From an uncultured Acidobacteriota bacterium (lineage in GTDB: Bacteria; Acidobacteriota; Terriglobia; Acidiferrales; UBA7541): a stretch of 64,000 bases of DNA. Location of the stretch: NCBI GenBank assembly GCA_963696035.1, contig CAVOIS010000006.1:180486-244485 (forward strand). Reading direction: 5' to 3'. A program made the position numbers and the translations under genes. The stretch's first letter is position 1, and each line of letters starts with the position of its first letter. The notes below the pieces were generated by a model, which made no database searches, was not told the DNA's origin, and saw only the letters and a program-made list of their open reading frames with translations. Shown here piece after piece: positions 46,634 through 56,411 of the stretch.

Positions 46634-46745
46634 GACCCAACAACGCCCGGCGACGGCCGAGAACTTTCTCAGAAAAGACTTGGCTTTCGACTTCCTTACA
46701 CGCCGCCGCTGGGCAGGTGGTAAGTCTTTTCCGACCCGAGTCACG
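46634..46745 (+). repeat. dispersed repeat R3, copy 2
   Basis: GACCCAACAACGCCCGGCGACGG..CTCAGAAAAGACTTGGCTTTCGACTTCCTTACACGCCGCCGCTGGGCAGGTGG.. matches 33157-33265. Confidence 0.6.
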
Positions 46746-46907
46746 CCGTGCCCGCCCCCCATTCAGCCAAGCTATTGCTGGCGACGCTCAACGCCAAATC
46801 TGCAGCCAACAAATCAAGTAACTGGAGCCAGCGCCACCGACGAGAGATTGAAGCAGAACAAACCGAAGAAGAAATATGCAGGAGACAGGCTCCCCGCATC
46901 GGGGTTC

Positions 46908-47190
46908 CAGCACAAGCTCGAGTCACAGAATGACTGCATCCGCAGTCGGCGCTCGATTGGTGGGGGTGGGAGAGCAACTGCACGCGTCTTAAGCCATCTG
47001 CGACGAACAGGGGATTCTGTTACAGCCATCTTCTGACCGCAACAGTCAGTCTCCTCGCGCAGGCGCCTCGTTGGCGGCTGGCATTGGGCGCGCATCCCAT
47101 ATATCCAGATCGCGCGAATTTTGGCCAGCTCGCTTTCGCGAGAGGCACTTTCGATGCCAGTATCAATTCTCGAAGAGGGAAATAAACTCG
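46908..47190 (+). repeat. dispersed repeat R2, copy B
   Basis: Starts CAGCACAAGCTCGAGTCACAGAATGACT.. like copy A and contains the same core. Its 3' end is homologous to gene 29697..30878 codons, with a 24-bp deletion and no inversion. Confidence 0.7.
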
Positions 47191-47242
47191 GGCGGATGAC
47201 GCGAAGCTAAATCGTCACGTTTCTCTGACGGTCTTGTGAAAT

Positions 47243-49315
47243 CTACGGCACCGTAACACTAGCCGGATTCGAATCAGCACTCTCGACACCGCTGGAATTT
47301 ACCGCAGTCACTACGTAGTAATAAGTGATGCCCTGGCCCGACTGCACGGTCGTGTCCGTGTAGGTGGTTCCCGCAAATGGGGAAGAGGTAAGTTTCGAGT
47401 ACGATCCCGATGTAGTCCCGCGGTACTCGTTATATCCCACAATGTCGGGCGACGTACTCGCAATCCAGGAAAGCGCTACGGATGTGGGTGCAACACCAGT
47501 GCCGGAAAGCGCAATCGTGGCTGGGGAATTCGCGGCGCTGCTGCTAACGGTCACTGTGCCGGTCGCGGCTCCCGGCGTTGCCGGATCGAAAGCCACGGTG
47601 AGCGTCGTTGATTGATTCGGTGCCAGCGTGATTCCCGCGCTTACACCGCTGGGACTGAAGCCGGCGCCCGTCTCGTTTACTCCAGAGATGGTTTCGTTTG
47701 TATTCCCGGTGTTTGTGAGGGTAACGGCCAGCGAACTGGTGGTTCCATCATTCACGTTCCCGAAGCTCAAGCTCGTCGGATTCGTCGCCAGTAGTGCGCT
47801 GGCGGCCACTCCGGTTCCGCCCAAAGCGATGGTAAGCGGCGAACTGGGTGCATTGCTGATCAGTGTGACAGATCCGGACGCGCTGCCGGCAGACGATGGA
47901 GTGAAAACCGCGTTGAACGTCGCGCTCTTTCCCGTCGCGATAGTCAAGGGTGCATTCAGTCCGGAAGTGCTGAAGCCAGTTCCAATCAAGGCAGCCTGTG
48001 AAATCGTCAGGCTCGCATTGCCGCCGTTCGACACGGTGATGGTTTGCGAGTTACTGTTGCCCACTACTACGCTCCCGAATGCGGCGCTCGATGGTGCAAC
48101 CGCGATTTGTGCCTGCATCCCGGTCCCACTCAACGCAATAGCCATAGGGGAACCTGGGGTGTTGCTGGCAATCGAAACGCTGCCGCTGGCGTTGCCTGCA
48201 GAGGACGGCGTGAAACTCACCGAAAAACCCACGCTCTGACCTGCGCTGAGCGTCATCGGCGTGGACAAGCCGGCGATGGCAAAACCGGTGCCCGAAGTGC
48301 TCGCAGATGAAATCGTGATACTGGCTGTACCGGAGTTCGTCAGGGTCATCGACTGCAATCCGCTGCTGCCTACGGCCACGCTGCCGAAACTCACGCTCGT
48401 CGAACTAGCGTTGAGTTTTCCCTGAACTCCTGTTCCGCTTAGTGCAATAGTTGCCGGTGATCCGGGGGCATTACTGCTAACCGAGATGCTGCCCGAATTG
48501 CTACCCGCCGCTGCCGGTGCAAATTGGGCCGCAAATGTTGCGCTTGCACCTGGAGCAACCGTTTGGGGCAGAGCTAGTCCACTGATGCTGAATCCTTGAC
48601 CAGACAATGTCGCCGACGAAATCACCAGCGTGGCGGTTCCAGAGTTGGTCAGCGTAATGTTTTGCGAAGAATTGCTTCCCACGTTGACGTTGCCGAAATT
48701 CAAGCTCGTGGGGATGATGCTCCATTGCGACTGCGTCCCGGTTCCGCTCAATGCGATAGTCATGGGAGAACCTGGAGCGTCGCTGGCAATTGAGATGCTG
48801 CCGCTTGCGTTGCCTGCAGAGGACGGCGTGAAACTCGCTGAGAAGCCTACGCTCTGACCCGCGCTGAGCGTCATCGGCATGGACAACCCGGCGATGGCAA
48901 AACCAGTGCCGGAAACGTTCGCAGATGAAATCGTGATACTGGCTGTGGCGGAGTTGGTCAGGGTCATCGGCTGTAATCCGCTGCTACCTACGGCCACGCT
49001 GCCGAAACTCACGCTCATCGAATTAGCGGTCAGTTGTCCGCGCCAGTGATGTCGGAGCCTTTCTGCTGGCGTGCCAGTGCGTCCCGAAGTGTGGCCTGTC
49101 GACGCCGGTGCCGATCGCGCCGGAAATGTTGTGCCCGCAGCTGCGTTAATTGTTGGGGGCAGAGCCAGTCCAGCGATGCTGATAATTATTGCGATGGCTC
49201 TGAGGGTAGTGGTGGGTTGAGGAAGGCGAATGATCCCGGACGGCTTGTGCGAAGTCTGTCTGTAAACTTGAATCTGATAATTCCAATTCTGGGCCCGTAT
49301 TTTCATAGCGCGCAC
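47243..49315 (-). CDS. secreted repeat protein: five Ig-like (choice-of-anchor-D/ASH-like) domains plus a C-terminal fibronectin type III domain
   Basis: Signal peptide LRAIAIIISIAGLALPPTINA. Five ~100-aa units of pattern SxxFGxVxVGxxxxQxxTLTNSGxAxxxIS ... GFSxSG ... FTPxxAGxxSGSxxxxSNAPxSPxTIALSGTG. The tail VALSWIASTSPDIVGYNEYRG ... TYTDTTV ... YYYVVTAVNSSGVES is FN3-like. Confidence 0.75.
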   Translation of the reverse strand: MRAMKIRAQNWNYQIQVYRQTSHKPSGIIRLPQPTTTLRAIAIIISIAGLALPPTINAAAGTTFPARSAPASTGHTSGRTGTPAERLRHHWRGQLTANSMSVSFGSVAVGSSGLQPMTLTNSATASITISSANVSGTGFAIAGLSMPMTLSAGQSVGFSASFTPSSAGNASGSISIASDAPGSPMTIALSGTGTQSQWSIIPTSLNFGNVNVGSNSSQNITLTNSGTATLVISSATLSGQGFSISGLALPQTVAPGASATFAAQFAPAAAGSNSGSISVSSNAPGSPATIALSGTGVQGKLNASSTSVSFGSVAVGSSGLQSMTLTNSGTASITISSASTSGTGFAIAGLSTPMTLSAGQSVGFSVSFTPSSAGNASGSVSIASNTPGSPMAIALSGTGMQAQIAVAPSSAAFGSVVVGNSNSQTITVSNGGNASLTISQAALIGTGFSTSGLNAPLTIATGKSATFNAVFTPSSAGSASGSVTLISNAPSSPLTIALGGTGVAASALLATNPTSLSFGNVNDGTTSSLAVTLTNTGNTNETISGVNETGAGFSPSGVSAGITLAPNQSTTLTVAFDPATPGAATGTVTVSSSAANSPATIALSGTGVAPTSVALSWIASTSPDIVGYNEYRGTTSGSYSKLTSSPFAGTTYTDTTVQSGQGITYYYVVTAVNSSGVESADSNPASVTVP

Positions 49316-49747
49316 AGTTTAAGAAGGGCGCAGTTCACCTATCTACTGGACGCGGGGACAAAACAGGGTCAGTGCGCTTTCGCCTGTTCGCCCGAGGGAC
49401 TGTACCTGTCCGGAACGCGCGGGGAGCTGCGCGGCGCGCACCGCCTGGCGCGATCTATCCCGTGAGTAAATCGACTACCTAGTGCTAATTTGTTGGCGGG
49501 AATTCCAGTTCAGTGGAAGGACAGGTCGGATTAATGTGCGGCTCATGGCGCAGCGCGTCTGAATAAAGCGTGCAACTCTGCGCGTCAGCAATACCGGACG
49601 TCGGAGAGGCGCCGACGCGGGTCTATATTCAGAGATGGTGATGGCGGGGGAGCCCGGAAATCCCTTCAGGTAGGTGTTCCCGCTGTAGCTAGGACATTTT
49701 TTGCAGATTTTGCAGGTGAAAAAAGACCGAGTGACTCGGAGGCGCGA

Positions 49748-50896
49748 ATGGAAGCAAAGAACAATTCGCGAATTGGTGCTGTTATTTTGGCGGCTGGGAC
49801 TTCCTCTCGAATGGGGGAAGCCAAGCAACTGCTTCGTCTTGGCGACAGCACCTTGCTGGATCAAGTAGTGGAGAACGTGCGCGGCTCCCAAGTGGACGAA
49901 ATCGTTATCGTTCTCGGTCACGAGGCGGAAACAATAAAAGAGCTGATTGCGATCAAGAGTCTCCATGTGGTGATCAACGAATCCTATAGGCAAGGAATGG
50001 GGACTTCACTGCGGACTGGCCTCTCGGCTTTATCTGCCGGAGCGGATGCGGCACTAATCGTTTTAGCGGACCAGCCCTTTGTTCGTTCCGCGACTCTCGA
50101 CCGCATCATTGATCACTATCGGCAGTCCGGTGCCCAAATTGTGATTCCTATCTACAAGGGTTTTCGCGGCAATCCAGTGCTATTGGATCGCTCGGTCTTT
50201 TCCGAAGTCATGGCTCTCACCGGAGACCTTGGCTGCCGCGCCATTTTTGGCAACCACTTGGAGGGAATCGCCAAGGTGCCGGTTGAAGACGTCGGAGTTC
50301 TTCTCGACCTGGACAGTAAACACGACGTGGAACGCTTGCAAGATTTCCGTCGCGGCACGTCGGACGAAAGCTCCTTGATGGAAGCAGCCGATCTGGAAGG
50401 CAGAGCGATTACAGATGAGAGCCAGTCCTCTCAGAGTCCAGAAGTCACCATCGTCGGTACGGAGCCGGTTGGAATCGCCCTGGCGAAATTGGCGAAAGTA
50501 CTGCGCTTCACGGTGACATTTGTTGCCCCTATGCTGAAGATCTCCGATTTGCCGGAGGCGGATCGCTTGCTAAATTCCCTGGATTTTTCGCATTTGCCGA
50601 AGTGCTCAACGCGATATGTAGTGGCGGCGAGCCGCGGACAATTCGACGAAGAGGTGGTCGAGCAAGCCTTGCACGCGAACAGTTCCTACATCGCACTGGT
50701 CGCGAACAAAAAAAGAGCGCAAGAGATTCGCCGTAGCCTGGAGTTGAAAGGTGCGCCACCTGAAAAGTTAGCGAAGGTGCATGCTCCCGCAGGACTTCCC
50801 ATCGGGGCAGAAACTCCGGAGGAGATAGCGCTAAGCATCATGGCGGAGATCGTTTCTGAAATTCGAACCAGCGGCGGAAGTAAAATCAGTTGCTGA
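49748..50896 (+). CDS. MocA-like molybdenum cofactor cytidylyltransferase fused to an XdhC-type Rossmann domain
   Basis: N-terminus: GAVILAAGTSSRMGEAKQLL ... VINESYRQGMGTSLRTGL ... LIVLADQPFV ... GFRGNPVLL (NTP_transf_3/MobA-MocA). C-terminus: VTIVGTEPVGIALAKLAKVLRFTVTFV ... YVVAASRGQFDEE ... PAGLPIGAETPEEIALSIMAEIV (XdhC_C). Confidence 0.8.
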   Translation: MEAKNNSRIGAVILAAGTSSRMGEAKQLLRLGDSTLLDQVVENVRGSQVDEIVIVLGHEAETIKELIAIKSLHVVINESYRQGMGTSLRTGLSALSAGADAALIVLADQPFVRSATLDRIIDHYRQSGAQIVIPIYKGFRGNPVLLDRSVFSEVMALTGDLGCRAIFGNHLEGIAKVPVEDVGVLLDLDSKHDVERLQDFRRGTSDESSLMEAADLEGRAITDESQSSQSPEVTIVGTEPVGIALAKLAKVLRFTVTFVAPMLKISDLPEADRLLNSLDFSHLPKCSTRYVVAASRGQFDEEVVEQALHANSSYIALVANKKRAQEIRRSLELKGAPPEKLAKVHAPAGLPIGAETPEEIALSIMAEIVSEIRTSGGSKISC

Positions 50897-50933
50897 TTCC
50901 GAGAAATGTGAATCGGACGGCAGGGCCGAAGGA

Positions 50934-51782
50934 TCAGCGGGCCGGGTTCGCCTCACACTGGTGAATTACCTTGTCGGCGGCGGTGCTTTCCGAAGGCACA
51001 TGGGAGTGCTTGAGACTTTTCACGCTGCTACCCCGCCGCAGCGCAACCATTTGACTCACGATACTTAGCGCAATCTCCTCCGGCGTGGCAGCTCCGAGAT
51101 CGAGACCTGCTGGCGCCCAGACCTTCTCCACTTTCTCTGGAGCCACTCCGGTCGCAAGAAGAAAGTCGAGTACGAGTTTCGAACGATACTGGCTGGCGAT
51201 GAGGGCAACGTAGGCCGCATTGCCTTCTAACGCCTTCTGCAGCCAGAGATGGTCTTGCTTATGCAGCGTTGCGATTACCACGAAAGTTCGGGAACTAATC
51301 GGCGTTTCGGTGAGATCGAAGTCTTCATTGACGAGACGAACTGCATGAGGAAACGATTCGCGGTCAGCCGCCGGATCATTGACCGTAACGGAAAAGCTCA
51401 TTAGATGCGCGAGCGTGGCCAGCACTTCTGCAATCCGGCCGTGGCCAACAATCAACAACTCGGGTTGCGGGAGAACGGGCTCGATATACACATCCATTTT
51501 CCCTCCGCATGGCATCCCTACGCCCAACAGTTCGTCCATCATGTCCAAAGTGATGAGTTCTGGCCTTTGCAGTTCCATGCATTTCAAGGCTTCGCTTCTC
51601 ACCGCGCTCTCGGCGCAGCCGCCGCCCACCCATCCCAGCGCGATCTTGCCCTGTGCGTCAATAATGGCTTTCGAACCTTGTTTAGCGGACGATGAGCCCT
51701 CCACGCGAACGACAGTAGCTATCGCAAAGGCTTTCCCCTGCGCTGCGAGTGCAGAGGCCTTGCAATAAAATTCGGAGGACAT
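50934..51782 (-). CDS. XdhC/CoxI family molybdoenzyme maturation protein
   Basis: Start taken at MSSEFY (51782; the listed ORF extends to 51824). FAIATVVRVEGSSSAKQGSKAII ... GWVGGGCAE ... LLIVGHGRIAEVLATLA ... PAGLDLGAATPEEIALSIV. Confidence 0.8.
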   Translation of the reverse strand: MSSEFYCKASALAAQGKAFAIATVVRVEGSSSAKQGSKAIIDAQGKIALGWVGGGCAESAVRSEALKCMELQRPELITLDMMDELLGVGMPCGGKMDVYIEPVLPQPELLIVGHGRIAEVLATLAHLMSFSVTVNDPAADRESFPHAVRLVNEDFDLTETPISSRTFVVIATLHKQDHLWLQKALEGNAAYVALIASQYRSKLVLDFLLATGVAPEKVEKVWAPAGLDLGAATPEEIALSIVSQMVALRRGSSVKSLKHSHVPSESTAADKVIHQCEANPAR

Positions 51783-51787
51783 GATCC

Positions 51788-52234
51788 TTGACGTATCATA
51801 TTCCTTCCATATCGTGCATTTCAACGCAGGCGACGGATCCTACGTTATACAGTGAACAAGTCCGCGAGCACTATACCAACCCACGAAACGCGGGCAGCAT
51901 TGCCGACCCTTCCGGCAAGGCGATGGTCAAGAGTTCGGTCGACAGCGACACCGTCTTAATCACACTGCGAATTGAAAATGACGTGATCCAGGATGTGAGA
52001 TTCAAATGCATGGGATGCGCCATAGCCATCGCCTGTTCGTCGGTGGCCACTGAAATGGTCCGGGGCAAGCCCGTCCGGGAGGCCTATGAGATCACCAAGC
52101 AGGCTGTGGCGGACGCTGTAGGTGGCATTCCCGAGTACAAGATGCAGTGCAGTAATCTGGCCCCAGAAGCCATTCGGAAAGCCATTGACGATTGGCGTCT
52201 CGGGCGGCGAAGCAAAGTTGAAACGACACGATAG
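51788..52234 (+). CDS. IscU/NifU-N-like Fe-S scaffold-type protein
   Basis: YSEQVREHYTNPRNAGS ... DVRFKCMGCAIAIACSSVATEMVRGK ... MQCSNLAPEAIRKAI aligns with IscU. TTG start uncertain. Confidence 0.7.
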   Translation: MTYHIPSISCISTQATDPTLYSEQVREHYTNPRNAGSIADPSGKAMVKSSVDSDTVLITLRIENDVIQDVRFKCMGCAIAIACSSVATEMVRGKPVREAYEITKQAVADAVGGIPEYKMQCSNLAPEAIRKAIDDWRLGRRSKVETTR

Positions 52235-52647
52235 TCGACGCGTCGATGGTCATCATGAGACGCTCCTTGAGTATCAGGGAAATCCTGATATAGGAAGTGG
52301 TATTTTCCCCCGCAACTGAGTGAGTACAACTCCCGCTTGCCATCATTACTCAGGAGGTTAACCTCTCGTTGCGCGCGCCTGGATCCTATGTCTGTTTTAA
52401 AACTGGGAACCGAGATGAACAGCAACCGAATCAGAACGTTAGAACATTCACCGGACGCAAAGCAAAGCTCGCCACTCGGTTCAGGTTCGCTTAAATCGTG
52501 GACCGTCCAATCTGGGATGTAGTATCCTCGCAAACTGATATGGGGATTTCGTGTGATTTCGTCCCTGTTTTTGGAATTGACCGCCCTTCCTGCAGACCCC
52601 TATCCATTGCTAGATTCAGCGGCACCCAGTCGAGGTGAAAGGCAAAC

Positions 52648-53517
52648 ATGATTCCACCATCGTTTGAGTACTTCCGGCCCAAAACGATTCCAGAGGCGAT
52701 CGCTCTGCTGCAACAACACGGGGACGACGCGAAAATTCTAAGCGGCGGCCAAAGCCTGATTCCGATGATGAAGCTCCGACTCGCAAGGCCGGGTTATCTC
52801 ATCGACATTAATCGCATCGCAGGCCTAGCGCATATCAAGGAAGAAGGCGGCCATTTGAAGATCGGCGGGCTGACCCGCGAAGCCGAGCTGGAGGCGTCGC
52901 CGGTGGTGCGCGCAAAGTATCCGATCATCGTTGATACGGCTCACGTGATCGCGGACCCTCAGGTGCGAAATCTGGCCACCGTGGGAGGTAATTTGGCCCA
53001 TGGGGATCCAGCGAACGACCATCCTGCGACCATGGTGGCCCTGGGTGCTCAAGTGGTGGCAACCGGGCCGAAGGGTGAGAGAATCATACCGATCGAGAAT
53101 TTCTTCCTGTCTTTATTTAGCACCGCACTTCAGCACGATGAGATCCTCACTGAAATTCGTATACCGATTCCGCCGCCTCGCAGCGGGGGCGCCTACTTCA
53201 AGCTAGAGCGAAAGGTCGGGGACTTTGCCACGGCGGCTGTGGCCGTCCAGTTAACTTTGGACGGAAAAGGTGCTTGTCAGAGAGTAGGTATCGGCCTGAC
53301 GAATGTTGGCCCCACGCCGGTGAAAGCAAAAAAAGCAGAGGATTATCTGCGCGGCAAGAAACTCGACGAAGCCAACATTAAACAAGCAGCCCAGCTCGCT
53401 GCCGACGAGTCGGAACCGAGCGCAGACTTGCGTGGCCCGGTTGCATACAAGAAGGGTTTGGTAAAGGAGCTAACGAAGCGGGCGTTGATGCGGGCGTCGG
53501 ACCGCGCCAGCAAATAA
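52648..53517 (+). CDS. coxM: CO dehydrogenase medium (FAD-binding) subunit
   Basis: FEYFRPKTIPEAIALL ... KILSGGQSLIPMMKLRLA ... ATVGGNLAHGDPANDHP is the FAD_binding_5/CO_deh_flav_C pattern. It is the first gene of the M-S-L order. Confidence 0.9.
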   Translation: MIPPSFEYFRPKTIPEAIALLQQHGDDAKILSGGQSLIPMMKLRLARPGYLIDINRIAGLAHIKEEGGHLKIGGLTREAELEASPVVRAKYPIIVDTAHVIADPQVRNLATVGGNLAHGDPANDHPATMVALGAQVVATGPKGERIIPIENFFLSLFSTALQHDEILTEIRIPIPPPRSGGAYFKLERKVGDFATAAVAVQLTLDGKGACQRVGIGLTNVGPTPVKAKKAEDYLRGKKLDEANIKQAAQLAADESEPSADLRGPVAYKKGLVKELTKRALMRASDRASK

Positions 53518-53544
53518 CGATTTTCATCAATCGAGGCAAACGCG

Positions 53545-54057
53545 ATGGCAAAAAAACAGACGGTGCGCGTCAAGGTGAATGGCCGGGAGCGAGAGGCAAA
53601 CGTCGAGCCGCGAACACTGCTTGTGCATTTCATCCGGGACTGGCTGGGATTGACCGGCACGCATGTCGGCTGCGACACCAGTAATTGTGGCGCTTGTACC
53701 GTCGTCCTTGACGGTAAGAACGTAAAATCATGCACCATGTTTGCGGTGCAGGCTGACGGCTCGGAGCTACTCACCGTCGAGGGTCTAATCAAAGATGGGC
53801 AGTGGCATCCATTGCAAGATGGATTCAAACAAGAGCACGGGCTGCAGTGTGGTTTCTGTACTCCCGGCATGCTGATGTCCACCTACGCTCTGCTGCAAAG
53901 GAATCCCGATCCGACCGAAGAGGAGATCCGCTGGGGCATTTCGGGGAATTTGTGCCGCTGCACGGGCTATCAGAACATCGTGAAAGCAGTTCAGTTTGCC
54001 GTCGGCAAGATGGGACAACCGAAGGAACAGCCGGTGGAAGAAGGAGTGGCCAAGTGA
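53545..54057 (+). CDS. coxS: CO dehydrogenase small ([2Fe-2S]) subunit
   Basis: Two cluster motifs: [12 protein letters not shown] and CGFCTPGM ... CRCTGY. Confidence 0.9.
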   Translation: MAKKQTVRVKVNGREREANVEPRTLLVHFIRDWLGLTGTHVGCDTSNCGACTVVLDGKNVKSCTMFAVQADGSELLTVEGLIKDGQWHPLQDGFKQEHGLQCGFCTPGMLMSTYALLQRNPDPTEEEIRWGISGNLCRCTGYQNIVKAVQFAVGKMGQPKEQPVEEGVAK

Positions 54058-56408
54058 TCACGAAAACGTCTCCCGAAGTCGGTGGGATGGGCCACCCCAT
54101 CAAGCGCAAGGAAGATGCCCGATTTATTCAAGGTAAGGGCAACTATGTGGACGATGTCCATCTTCCCGGCATGGTCTATGGACACATGGTGCGTAGCCCG
54201 TATGCCCACGCGCGGCTCAAGTCCATCAACGCTGAAAAGGCGAAGCAACTGCCCGGCGTGTTGGCCATCATCACCGGTGAAGACCTGGCCAAGGCCAACC
54301 TCGCCTGGATGCCGACACTTTTCTTCGATAAGCAGATGGTGCTGGCCACGGGCAAAGTCCTGTTTCAGTCACAGGAAGTGGCCTTCGTCGTTGCCGAAGA
54401 TCAATACACCGCAGCCGACGCGGCCGAACTTGTGGAAGTTGAATACGAGGAACTACCCGTATTGGTGGATCCGCATAGGGCCACGGACCCGGATGCGCCT
54501 ATCCTGCGTGAGGACCGCGAAGAAAAATCCAACCACATTTTTCATTGGGAAGTTGGAGACCGAGCGGCGACCGACAAGGACTTTCAAGACTCCCCGGTGA
54601 AGGCCACCGTGCATGCGATCTCGCAGCGCTGCCATCCCGCACCGCTCGAAACCTGTGGCTGCGTTGCCGATTACAACAAGGCAACGGAAAAGCTGACGAT
54701 CTACCTCACGTCTCAGGCGCCGCACGCTCACCGGACTCTTTTCTCGATTGTAGGCGGAATACCTGAGCAGAATATTCGCGTCGTCTCTCCGGATATCGGC
54801 GGCGGCTTCGGAAACAAAGTGCCAATTTATCCGGGATACGTCTGCGCGGTGGTAGCTTCGTTGACGCTCGGCGCCCCCGTAAAGTGGATTGAGACCCGCT
54901 CCGAGAATCTCCAATCCACCGGCTTTGCTCGCGACTACCACATGACGGCGGAGATCGCCGCCGATCAGAGTGGCAAGGTCAGAGCACTGCGGGTGAAAAC
55001 GCTGGCCGACCATGGAGCATTCAACGCCGCGGCACAACCCACCAAATTTCCCGCAGGATTGTTCAGTGTCTGCACGGGGTCCTATGACTTCGCCAACTCC
55101 TTCTGCGAAGTGGATGGGGTATACACCAACAAAGCACCGGGCGGAATAGCGTATCGCTGCTCGTTTCGAATCACCGAAGCCGCTTATCTGATAGAACGAG
55201 CGATCGACGTGCTTGCTGCCGAATTGAAAATGGATCCGGCGGAATTCCGGCGCAAGAACTTCATTCAACCAGACCAGTTCCCCTACAAAACTCCGCTTGG
55301 CTGGACCTATGACAGCGGGAACTATGAAGGCGCGTTGAACAAGGCACTCGAGATGGTCGGATACAAAGAGCTTCGCAAGGAACAGGCAGAGAAACGCAAA
55401 AAGGGCGAGCTGATGGGCATTGGAATTTCCAGCTTCACGGAGGCCGTCGGTGCCGGTCCTGCCCACACTTTCGACATTGCCGGCATCAAGATGTTCGACA
55501 GTGCCGAGATCCGCGTGCACCCCACCGGTAAAGCGATTTGCCGTATGGGCACGAAGAGTCAGGGACAAGGGCACGAGACCACATATGCTCAGATCGTCGC
55601 CCAAGAACTGGGAATTCCGGCTTCCGACGTGATCATTGAGGAGGGTGATACGGATACCGCTCCCTACGGCCTGGGCACTTATGCCAGCCGCAGCACTCCG
55701 ACGTCCGGGGCGGCGACGGCCATGGCCGCGCGGAAAATTCGAGACAAAGCGAAAAAGATTGCCGCCCATTTGCTCGAATGCAGCGAGGAAGATTTGGAAT
55801 GGGAAACTGGAAAGTTCTTCGTGAAAGGGGCGCCCAGTAAGTCGAAGACCATCCAAGAAATCGCCTTTGCCGCGTACACTAATATTCCCGAGGGGCTGGA
55901 GGCCGGTCTTGAAGCCGTCAACTATTACGATCCACCGAACCTTACCTTTCCATTCGGAACCTATATCTGTGTAACGGACATCGATAAGGGCACGGGAGAG
56001 ATCAAAGTTCGCCGTTTCGTGGCGGTGGACGACTGCGGCAACGTCATCAATCCTATGATCGTGGAAGGGCAAATCCATGGCGGCTTGACGGAAGGCTTGG
56101 CCATCGCCTTCATGCAGCTGATTGACTACGACGAAAGCGGCAATGTGCAAGGCGGCACGTTTATGGACTATCTGATCCCCACGGCAGTCGAAACGCCGCA
56201 CTGGGAAACAGGCAGCACTTGCACGCCGTCGCCGCACCATCCGTTCGGCGCAAAGGGCGTGGGCGAATCGCCCAACGTCGGCTCTCCGGCTGCCTTCGTG
56301 AACTCGGTTGTGGATGCTCTCTCTCATCTGGGCGTAAAGCACATCGACATGCCGATTACGCCATGGAAGGTTTGGAATATCTTAAAGGAAAAAGGCGTGG
56401 TGAACTGA
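54054..56408 (+). CDS. coxL: form I CO dehydrogenase large (Mo-Cu, molybdopterin) subunit
   Basis: GTG 54054 overlaps the coxS stop (GTGA); alternative start ATG 54087. [18 protein letters not shown]-terminus. Active-site loop [10 protein letters not shown] (AYRCSFR at nt 55149-55169). The listed ORF start 53802 overlaps coxS and is rejected. Confidence 0.9.
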   Translation: MITKTSPEVGGMGHPIKRKEDARFIQGKGNYVDDVHLPGMVYGHMVRSPYAHARLKSINAEKAKQLPGVLAIITGEDLAKANLAWMPTLFFDKQMVLATGKVLFQSQEVAFVVAEDQYTAADAAELVEVEYEELPVLVDPHRATDPDAPILREDREEKSNHIFHWEVGDRAATDKDFQDSPVKATVHAISQRCHPAPLETCGCVADYNKATEKLTIYLTSQAPHAHRTLFSIVGGIPEQNIRVVSPDIGGGFGNKVPIYPGYVCAVVASLTLGAPVKWIETRSENLQSTGFARDYHMTAEIAADQSGKVRALRVKTLADHGAFNAAAQPTKFPAGLFSVCTGSYDFANSFCEVDGVYTNKAPGGIAYRCSFRITEAAYLIERAIDVLAAELKMDPAEFRRKNFIQPDQFPYKTPLGWTYDSGNYEGALNKALEMVGYKELRKEQAEKRKKGELMGIGISSFTEAVGAGPAHTFDIAGIKMFDSAEIRVHPTGKAICRMGTKSQGQGHETTYAQIVAQELGIPASDVIIEEGDTDTAPYGLGTYASRSTPTSGAATAMAARKIRDKAKKIAAHLLECSEEDLEWETGKFFVKGAPSKSKTIQEIAFAAYTNIPEGLEAGLEAVNYYDPPNLTFPFGTYICVTDIDKGTGEIKVRRFVAVDDCGNVINPMIVEGQIHGGLTEGLAIAFMQLIDYDESGNVQGGTFMDYLIPTAVETPHWETGSTCTPSPHHPFGAKGVGESPNVGSPAAFVNSVVDALSHLGVKHIDMPITPWKVWNILKEKGVVN

Positions 56409-56411
56409 GGC

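Noticed and set aside
47243-49315. Diversity-generating retroelement targeting the Ig-repeat protein, suggested by its near-identical internal repeats.
   Set aside because: There is no reverse transcriptase or accessory gene in the window. The two copies are both coding domains of the same gene rather than a template/variable pair. I saw no adenine-specific mismatch pattern.
49480-49747. Leader of the MocA-XdhC gene as a Moco riboswitch. It contains hairpins such as CGTCGG-AGAGGCG-CCGACG, and CCGAG-TGA-CTCGG overlapping the GGAGG site.
   Set aside because: I could not match it to the Moco motif as I remember it. Only generic hairpins are visible. It needs a covariance-model scan (Rfam Moco_RNA_motif) before any claim.
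52235-52647. Sigma-54 (GG-N10-GC) promoter or regulator palindrome upstream of coxM.
   Set aside because: GGCAC strings are present (for example at about 52620), but none has the correctly spaced TTGC/GC partner. No convincing palindrome was seen.
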